From an uncultured Gammaproteobacteria bacterium (GTDB lineage Bacteria > Pseudomonadota > Gammaproteobacteria > Competibacterales > Competibacteraceae), in the NCBI GenBank assembly GCA_963719395.1, contig CAVRCC010000034.1, forward strand, positions 130,253 to 194,252: DNA of 64,000 bases, read 5' to 3'. Below the pieces are notes generated by a model, which ran no database searches, was not told the origin of the DNA, and worked only from the letters and a program-made list of their open reading frames with translations. Below, in pieces: positions 57,430 to 64,000 of the stretch. A program made the translations under genes and the position numbers. How positions within the stretch are numbered: the stretch's first letter is position 1; every line of letters starts with the position of its first letter.

Positions 57430-58857
57430 ATGAAACCGCAAATTCCCTCTTTCGCCCCGGCCCGGGTGCTGATCGCCGGCGATGTGATGCTGGACCGCTA
57501 CTGGCTCGGTCCCAGTTCGCGCATCTCGCCGGAAGCCCCGGTGCCCATCGTCAAGGTCGAGGACGTCGAGGAACGTCCCGGCGGAGCGGCCAACGTGGCG
57601 GTCAACATCGCCACCCTCGGCGGTCAGGTCCGGGTACTCGGCGTCGCCGGCGCCGACGAGGCCGCTGCGGTGCTGGAAACCAAATTGCATCGGCTGGGCG
57701 TGGCCAGCGACCTGATCCGCCAGCCCGGTCAGGCGACGATCACCAAGCTGCGAGTGCTGAGCCGCAACCAGCAGTTGTTACGGCTGGATTTCGAGGACGG
57801 CTTCCCCGGTTTCGACCCGGCCGCCCTTCAGGAACGCTTTGCTGCCTGGTTGTCGGACAGCGATGTTGTGGTGTTGTCCGATTATCAAAAGGGCGCATTG
57901 CGCGAGGTCGAGGCGCTGATCGGCGCTGCCCGCGCCGCCGACCGACCGGTGCTGGTGGATCCCAAGGGTCGCGACTATGGCCGCTACCGGGGCGCGACCC
58001 TGCTAACGCCCAACTTGGCCGAGTTTGAAACCGTGGCAGGCTCCTGCCGCGACGAAGCGGAACTGGCGGATAAGGGCCAGGCGCTGCGCGAACATCTGGA
58101 ACTGGAAGCCCTGCTGATCACCCGAGGCGAGCAGGGCATGACCCTGCTGCGCGCCGGAGCCGATCCGCTGCATCTGGCGGCCCGCGCTCGTGAGGTCTAC
58201 GACGTGACCGGCGCCGGCGACACGGTGATCGCCACCCTGGCCGCCGGGCTGGCCGCCGGGTTGGATCTGCCGGCGGCGACCGTATTGGCCAATCTGGCGG
58301 CCGGCATCGTGGTCGGCAAGTTGGGCACCGCCAGCGTCACCGTGTCCGAACTGCGCCGGGCGTTGTACGAACACGAAGAACCACCGCGCCGGGTGCTCGA
58401 CGAGGCGCAACTGTTGCGGACGGTGGCCGACGCCAAGGCCCATGGCGAAACCATCGTCATGACCAACGGCTGTTTCGACATCCTGCACGCCGGGCACGTC
58501 ACCTATCTGGAACAGGCCAAACGGCTCGGCAACCGCCTGATCGTGGCGGTCAACGCCGACGCCACGGTGCGCCGGCTCAAGGGCGTCGACCGGCCGGTCA
58601 ATCCGCTGGCGCAACGGATGCGGGTGTTGGCCGGACTGGCGGCAGTGGACTGGGTGACGCCGTTCGACGAAGACACCCCCGAGCGGTTGATCTGCGCGGT
58701 CAAACCGGATTACCTGGTCAAGGGCGGCGACAACGACCCGGCCCACATTCCCGGCAACCGCTGCGTTTGGGATGCGGGCGGCCAGGTAGTGGTCATGGAC
58801 TATATCAAAGGCTGCTCGACCACTAGCACCATTGCCCGAATCCTGCGCCGGCCATGA
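57430..58857 (+). CDS. hldE: Bifunctional heptose-7-phosphate kinase / heptose-1-phosphate adenylyltransferase
   Basis: GDVMLDRY, RISPEAPVP, DVTGAGD and TNGCFDILHAGH motifs. Confidence 0.95.
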   Translation: MKPQIPSFAPARVLIAGDVMLDRYWLGPSSRISPEAPVPIVKVEDVEERPGGAANVAVNIATLGGQVRVLGVAGADEAAAVLETKLHRLGVASDLIRQPGQATITKLRVLSRNQQLLRLDFEDGFPGFDPAALQERFAAWLSDSDVVVLSDYQKGALREVEALIGAARAADRPVLVDPKGRDYGRYRGATLLTPNLAEFETVAGSCRDEAELADKGQALREHLELEALLITRGEQGMTLLRAGADPLHLAARAREVYDVTGAGDTVIATLAAGLAAGLDLPAATVLANLAAGIVVGKLGTASVTVSELRRALYEHEEPPRRVLDEAQLLRTVADAKAHGETIVMTNGCFDILHAGHVTYLEQAKRLGNRLIVAVNADATVRRLKGVDRPVNPLAQRMRVLAGLAAVDWVTPFDEDTPERLICAVKPDYLVKGGDNDPAHIPGNRCVWDAGGQVVVMDYIKGCSTTSTIARILRRP

Positions 58858-60038
58858 AGCTTCTAAATCCGACCTTGAACGTGGACGTCGCCATCATCGG
58901 CGGCGGCATCGCCGGCCTGTGGCTCTTGGCCCGACTGCGCCAGCACGGCTATGGCGCGCTGCTGATCGAAAACGAGCGGCTCGGCGCCGGTCAAACCGTC
59001 TCTGCCCAAGGCATCATCCACGGCGGCGCCAAGTACAGCTTGAGCGGCCAGCTCAGCGATTCGGCCACCGCCATCGCTGGAATGCCGGCCCTGTGGCGGC
59101 GTTGCTTGAGCGGCGGGGACGAAATCGACCTGCGCGAAGCGCGGGTGCTGGCCAACCACCAATACTTGTGGGCGACTCGCGCTCCGACCTCGCGGCTGGC
59201 GGCGTTCTTCGCCAGCAAGCTGATGGGCGGACGCATGGCAAAGGCGACGGACGATGCGCCGGCGGTATTGCGCCACCCGGAGTTCCGAGGCGTGGTGTAC
59301 CGGCTGGACGAGCCGATCGTGGATGTAGCCTCGGTGTTGGCGGTGTTCGCCCAGCGTTACCGCGACGCCATCGTGCTCAATCAGGGGCCGGTGACACCAA
59401 AGGCGGATGGCACGCTCACCCTGCGTCATGCCGGCCGACCGACATGGGTGATCCGACCGACCTGCACCGTATTAACCGCCGGCGCCGGCAATGCCGCGGT
59501 GCCGTGGGCGACGCTGCAACTGCGGCCCCTGCACATGGTCATGGCGCGCGGCATCGCCCTGCCCGGCCCGCTTTACGCGCACTGTCTGGGCGCCAGCGAC
59601 GTGCCGCGATTGACCGTGACCAGTCACTGCGACGCCAGTGGCCGGCTGGTCTGGTATCTCGGCGGCGGCCTGGCCGAGGATGGAGTCCAGCGCGACCGTC
59701 GCGAACAGATTCGTGCGGCCCGACGGGAACTCGAAACGCTGCTGCCGTGGGCGGACTGGTCGCAAGCGGAGTTCGCTACCTTCACCGTCCAGCGGGCCGA
59801 AGCTCGCCAGTCGCAGGGAACCCGGCCAGCCGAACCCGGCATTTTCCGCAATGGGCGGATGCTCGCCGCCTGGCCGACCAAGCTGGCGCTGGCGCCGCTG
59901 CTGGCCGAGCGGATTGAGGACGAATTGCGGAAGCTCGGCGTACGTCCGCGGCCGGCTCATTTACAGTCGCTGGCGGACTGGCCACGACCGGAGGTAGCAA
60001 TCCCGCCCTGGGACCGGGAAGATCTGGCATGGAGCTGA
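58854..60038 (+). CDS. FAD-dependent oxidoreductase
   Basis: GGGIAG, QGIIHGGAKY and WPTKLALAP motifs. Confidence 0.82.
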   Translation: MKLLNPTLNVDVAIIGGGIAGLWLLARLRQHGYGALLIENERLGAGQTVSAQGIIHGGAKYSLSGQLSDSATAIAGMPALWRRCLSGGDEIDLREARVLANHQYLWATRAPTSRLAAFFASKLMGGRMAKATDDAPAVLRHPEFRGVVYRLDEPIVDVASVLAVFAQRYRDAIVLNQGPVTPKADGTLTLRHAGRPTWVIRPTCTVLTAGAGNAAVPWATLQLRPLHMVMARGIALPGPLYAHCLGASDVPRLTVTSHCDASGRLVWYLGGGLAEDGVQRDRREQIRAARRELETLLPWADWSQAEFATFTVQRAEARQSQGTRPAEPGIFRNGRMLAAWPTKLALAPLLAERIEDELRKLGVRPRPAHLQSLADWPRPEVAIPPWDREDLAWS

Positions 60039-60832
60039 GGCCGCTGGGCGCGACCGGCCTGCGAATCAGCCCGCTGGGGTTGGGCACGGTGAAATTCGGC
60101 CGCAACCAGGGCGTCAAGTATCCACGGGCGTTCGAGCTGCCGTCGGACCGGGAGGCGCTGGCGCTGCTCGAACTGGCCTGGGAGCTGGGCATCAACTTGC
60201 TGGATACCGCGCCGGCCTACGGTGAGAGCGAGGAGCGGCTGGGCCGACTGCTGCGGCAATGCCGGCGGGACTGGGTGATCGTCACCAAGGTCGGCGAGGA
60301 GTTCCACGCCGGCGAATCCCGCTTCGATTTCTCTGCCGCCGCGACCCGCGCCAGCGTAGTACGCAGCTTGCAGCGGCTGGGGGTCGAGGCGCTGGATGCG
60401 GTGTTGATCCATTCCAGCGGCGACGATCTGGCGATTCTGGAGCGGGAAGCCGTGTTACCAACCTTGCTCGATCTCAAACAGGCCGGTCTGACGCGGGCAG
60501 TCGGGATGTCCAGCAAAACCGTGGCTGGCGGTCTGCGGGCGGTGGAGTACTGCGATCTGGTGATGGTCACCTACAACCTGTCCCAGCGGGAGGAGTTGCC
60601 GGTAATCCGCGCCGCCCACGCCGTTGGTAAGGGCGTATTGATCAAGAAGGGCCTGCTTAGCGGCCATCTGGATCAAAGATCGGAGGTTGATCCAGTGCGG
60701 GCCTCGCTGGAGTTGATCTACGCCGAGCCGGGGATCGGCAGCGTGGTGGTCGGCACCCTGAATCCGGCGCATCTGCGGGCGAACGTGGCGGCGGTGGAAG
60801 ACTGGTCGGATGCGCCGTCATCTGTTTTATAG
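60029..60832 (+). CDS. Aldo/keto reductase
   Basis: LGLGTVKFGR, DTAPAYG.SE and TKVGE motifs. Confidence 0.88.
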   Translation: MELRPLGATGLRISPLGLGTVKFGRNQGVKYPRAFELPSDREALALLELAWELGINLLDTAPAYGESEERLGRLLRQCRRDWVIVTKVGEEFHAGESRFDFSAAATRASVVRSLQRLGVEALDAVLIHSSGDDLAILEREAVLPTLLDLKQAGLTRAVGMSSKTVAGGLRAVEYCDLVMVTYNLSQREELPVIRAAHAVGKGVLIKKGLLSGHLDQRSEVDPVRASLELIYAEPGIGSVVVGTLNPAHLRANVAAVEDWSDAPSSVL

Positions 60833-61042
60833 TGACTCCTCACCCCAGAGTGGATGACCACAATGAGGACAAGTTTTGATCTTCTTCGCAGACTTAATAG
60901 TTTTCTTGATGCCCTTGATTTCATTAAGCATCTTTTTGAGGCGCTTCTTATTTCTGTTCTTCTTGGGAATAGAAAGCTCTTTGACTATCTTGTCACGAAG
61001 CTTTTTGACTTTTGATTCAAAGACAGGAACGAAGTTTTCCAC
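60827..61042 (-). CDS. Small Lys-rich hypothetical protein with CPHC
   Basis: 71 aa, GTG start after AAGGTGA, low GC. Confidence 0.45.
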   Translation of the reverse strand: MENFVPVFESKVKKLRDKIVKELSIPKKNRNKKRLKKMLNEIKGIKKTIKSAKKIKTCPHCGHPLWGEESL

Positions 61043-61364
61043 AGTATCACCTTACTTATTTTCATCTGTTGCAGTAGCTAAAATATAGAGAGCATACTTG
61101 AACAGATCAAGCAAGCTTTGATTGAAGGTGATCGGCTTTGCCTTCACCTTTGAGAGAACGATAGAGGTCAGGTCATGTCTTTTGCGTCCCTGTTCCTATA
61201 AGAAGCAACCTCATGGGTCACGCTGACGACGTTGGAGACACAAAAGACAAGACATGAGCCCGACAGCTCTGTACGGAGATCCAAAAGACAAGACATAACT
61301 ATATGATATCATTAATTTATTTTGATATGTAAGGTTAAAACCCCTGCCTTTAGGCGGGTAGCTT

Positions 61365-61613
61365 TCAGCTACGATGCTCTGAGCGCAGCTTGGTGCTAGC
61401 AGTATGGTTGAACGGAAGAGCAACAAACGGAATACCGAATAGCATAAAAGCCCGCTTGAACCATTTCCTGATATTAATATAACTGCGATTATCTTGAGAC
61501 TCTTGAGGTTCTCTTGGAGGACTAACATGCTGTAATTGTATTATGGCAGTCAACAGCCCGATGACAGCGCTTATTATTCCCAAAACAGCCACTATCAAAT
61601 CGATCTTATCCAT
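61365..61613 (-). CDS. Small hypothetical membrane protein, possibly truncated
   Basis: MDKIDLIVAVLGIISAVIGLLTAII hydrophobic N-terminus; low GC. Confidence 0.35.
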   Translation of the reverse strand: MDKIDLIVAVLGIISAVIGLLTAIIQLQHVSPPREPQESQDNRSYINIRKWFKRAFMLFGIPFVALPFNHTASTKLRSEHRS

Positions 61614-61728
61614 TCTTAAAATCCCTAAAATCAAGATCGCCTTTCGGTGCGTGTTTCGGCTTCTTGGGTGGAGATTGGCAACCTTTTACTCGCCGAATCT
61701 GAACCTGATTGAATAGCTCTTCAGGTTC

Positions 61729-62901
61729 TCAGCCCCGCAGCGCCGCCCGCAGCCGCTCCACCCCTTCAGCCAGTCGTGGAATGGCGTTGGTGTAGGCGAA
61801 ACGGACGTGCTGTTGCGGCCGGTGGTGGCCGAAATCGAGGCCCGGCGTGATGGCGACGCCGGTTTCTTCCAGCAGGCGCAGGGCGAAACCGTAGCTGTCG
61901 TCGGTGAAGCGGCCGCAGTCGGCGTAGAGATAGAACGCACCGTCCGGGGTGACGGGGATGTGAAAACCCAGTTCGCGCAGCGCCGGCAGCAGAAAATCCC
62001 GCCGCGTCTGCAATTCCCGCCGGCGTTCCTCGAAGATCGCTTGCGCTTCCGGCTCGAAAACCGCTAGCGCTGCGTATTGCGCCGGGGTGGACGCCGCCAG
62101 GTACAGATTCTGCGCCAACTTTTCCGCATCGCCGACGCAATCCTCGGGCGCGACCAGCCAGCCCAGCCGCCAGCCGGTCATCCCGTAATACTTGCTGAAG
62201 CTATTGACGACGAACACCCGCTCCGAGTAAGCCAGCGCGGTTTGGACCGGCGCGCCATAAACCAATCCATGATAGATCTCGTCCATGATCACCCGCCCGC
62301 CCCGCGCCTCGACTGTGGCGATGATCGCCGCCACCTCATCGGGCGCGATCACCGTGCCGGTGGGATTAGCCGGCGAAGCCAGCAGCACGGCGACCGTCCG
62401 TTCGTCCCAGTAACGCTCCACCAACTCGGCGGTGAGTTGGTAGCAGGTCTCCGGCCCGACCGGAATCCCCACCGCCTCGCCTTCCACCAGCCGCACGAAA
62501 TGCCGGTTGCAGGGATAGCCGGGATCGGCCAGCAACACCCGGTCGCCGGGGTTGATCAGCACCGCCGTCGCCAGTTGCAGCGCGCCGGAAGCGCCGGGGG
62601 TGATCAGGATGCACCGGGCGGGAACCTCAACTTCGTAACGGTCCCGGTAGTGATCGCTAATGGCCTGGCGCAGTTCCGGCAGGCCGGCGGCGGCAGTGTA
62701 ACGGGTGCGGCCTTCCGCCAGCGCCCGCTGGCCGGCGGCGATGATCGGCGCGGCGGTCGGAAAATCCGGCTCGCCGATCTCCAGGTGGATGATGGAACGG
62801 CCCGTCGCTTCCAGCGCCTTGGCGCGGGCCAGCAGCGCCATGACGTGGAACGGCGCGATGTCCGCCATGCGGCGGGCGGACGCAACCTTGTCAGCGGCCA
62901 A
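61729..62901 (-). CDS. Class I PLP-dependent aminotransferase
   Basis: IGEPDF, SPANPTG, DEIY and NSFSKYYGMTGWRLG motifs; start uncertain (TTG 62901 or ATG 62868). Confidence 0.9.
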   Translation of the reverse strand: MAADKVASARRMADIAPFHVMALLARAKALEATGRSIIHLEIGEPDFPTAAPIIAAGQRALAEGRTRYTAAAGLPELRQAISDHYRDRYEVEVPARCILITPGASGALQLATAVLINPGDRVLLADPGYPCNRHFVRLVEGEAVGIPVGPETCYQLTAELVERYWDERTVAVLLASPANPTGTVIAPDEVAAIIATVEARGGRVIMDEIYHGLVYGAPVQTALAYSERVFVVNSFSKYYGMTGWRLGWLVAPEDCVGDAEKLAQNLYLAASTPAQYAALAVFEPEAQAIFEERRRELQTRRDFLLPALRELGFHIPVTPDGAFYLYADCGRFTDDSYGFALRLLEETGVAITPGLDFGHHRPQQHVRFAYTNAIPRLAEGVERLRAALRG

Positions 62902-64000
62902 ACGTCCGCCCCCGGTCGTCGTCTTCCTCGTGGATGGCGAGATCCGGCAGGTTGGTCGCTCGCTGGGCATTGCTCGTCTCCGTGCCCTCGGTCAGCCGGA
63001 TTTGCAAGCCGACGTTATTCTTGGAATCGGCGTTTTTGATGGCTTCGTCCTTGGAAATCTTGCCTTCCTTGTACAACTTGAACAGCGACTGATCGAAGGT
63101 CTGAGTACCCGACTCGGTGGACTGCTCCATCGCATCCTTGATGTAATCGATCTTGCCCTTCTGAATCAGATCGGCGATGTAGGGCGTGTTCAGCAGCACC
63201 TCCACCGCCGGCACCAACCCGCCGCTCAGCGAGCGGATCAGTCGCTGGGAGATAATACCGCGCAGGTTCATCGACAAATCCATCAGCAACTGCGGCCGGG
63301 CGTCCTCGGGGAAAAAGTTGACGATGCGCTCCAGCGCACCGTTGGCGTTGTTGGCGTGCAGGGTGGACAGCACCAAGTGGCCGGTTTCGGCGAAGGTCAG
63401 CACGTATTTCATCACGTCGCGGGCGCGGACCTCGCCCACCAGGATCACGTCCGGCGCTTCACGCATGGCGCTGCGCAGAGCGTTTTCGTAGTCGTGGGTA
63501 TCGATGCCAATCTCGCGCTGGCCCACCACCGATTTCTTGTGCTGGTGGGTGAACTCGATCGGATCCTCGATGGTGAGAATATGACCCGGCGCGCTGGAGT
63601 TGCGGTGGTCGATCATCGCCGCCAGCGTGGTGGATTTGCCAGATCCGGTGCCGCCCACCAACAGGATGAGGCCGCGCTTTTCCATGACCAGTTGCCGCAA
63701 CAGAGGCGGCAGACCCAGTTCCTCGACTTGGGGGATGTCGCCCTTGATGTAGCGAATCACCATGGACACTTCGCCGCGCTGCTTGAACACGTTGGAGCGG
63801 AACCGGCCAACGCCCTGCAGTGGAATGGCGAAGTTGAGTTCCCACTCGTGCTCGAATTCCTTGATCTGATCGTCCTTCATGACCGAGTAGGCGATCTCGC
63901 GCACCTGGCCCGGCCCCAGTATCTTGTTACCGATCGGGCGCACCACCCCGCCGATTTTGATGTTCACCGGCGCGCCCACATAAAAGAACAGGTCGGAGGC
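62891..64000 (-). CDS. pilU: Type IV pilus retraction ATPase PilU (5' end beyond window)
   Basis: GGTGSGKSTT, TIEDPIE, REAPDVILVGE, TLHANNA and ERIVNFFP motifs. Confidence 0.85.
   Translation of the reverse strand, partial: ASDLFFYVGAPVNIKIGGVVRPIGNKILGPGQVREIAYSVMKDDQIKEFEHEWELNFAIPLQGVGRFRSNVFKQRGEVSMVIRYIKGDIPQVEELGLPPLLRQLVMEKRGLILLVGGTGSGKSTTLAAMIDHRNSSAPGHILTIEDPIEFTHQHKKSVVGQREIGIDTHDYENALRSAMREAPDVILVGEVRARDVMKYVLTFAETGHLVLSTLHANNANGALERIVNFFPEDARPQLLMDLSMNLRGIISQRLIRSLSGGLVPAVEVLLNTPYIADLIQKGKIDYIKDAMEQSTESGTQTFDQSLFKLYKEGKISKDEAIKNADSKNNVGLQIRLTEGTETSNAQRATNLPDLAIHEEDDDRGRTFGR

Overview
A 64-kb GC-rich gammaproteobacterial chromosome segment. The glycogen, sulfate, GOGAT and LPS gene content fits a Competibacteraceae-like organism, but that assignment is inference. 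Housekeeping content: Liv-type ABC transporter with two near-identical binding proteins flanking iorAB, gdhA-gltBD, thiM-guaC-malQ-glgC/glgB/glgX, cysB and cysTWA, serA with a divergent FAD-linked 2-hydroxyacid dehydrogenase, msbA-hldE and pilU. Accessory content: two complete IS elements, two toxin-antitoxin pairs, and two small islands each flanked by a duplicated 3' end of the host gene. The main observation is that the window appears to span the replication terminus and to carry non-canonical terminus machinery. (i) KOPS octamers and strand skew flip between about 6.6 and 16.5 kb. No canonical XerCD dif was seen there; instead a 19-bp-arm palindrome lies between a KfrA/TnpT-like coiled-coil gene and a single large tyrosine recombinase gene. 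(ii) A Tus-like gene (35946-36854) comes with three co-oriented copies of a motif unlike E. coli Ter (TAAGATGATGGTATAAAAAC, core ATGATGGTATAA). One copy overlaps its promoter, one its stop codon, and one lies between convergent genes. Each has a T-rich/C-poor + strand footprint on its left, as expected if rightward forks stall there. Also notable: a pteridine glycosyltransferase coupled to a PTPS-III-type gene. All counts were made by eye; no database searches were run.
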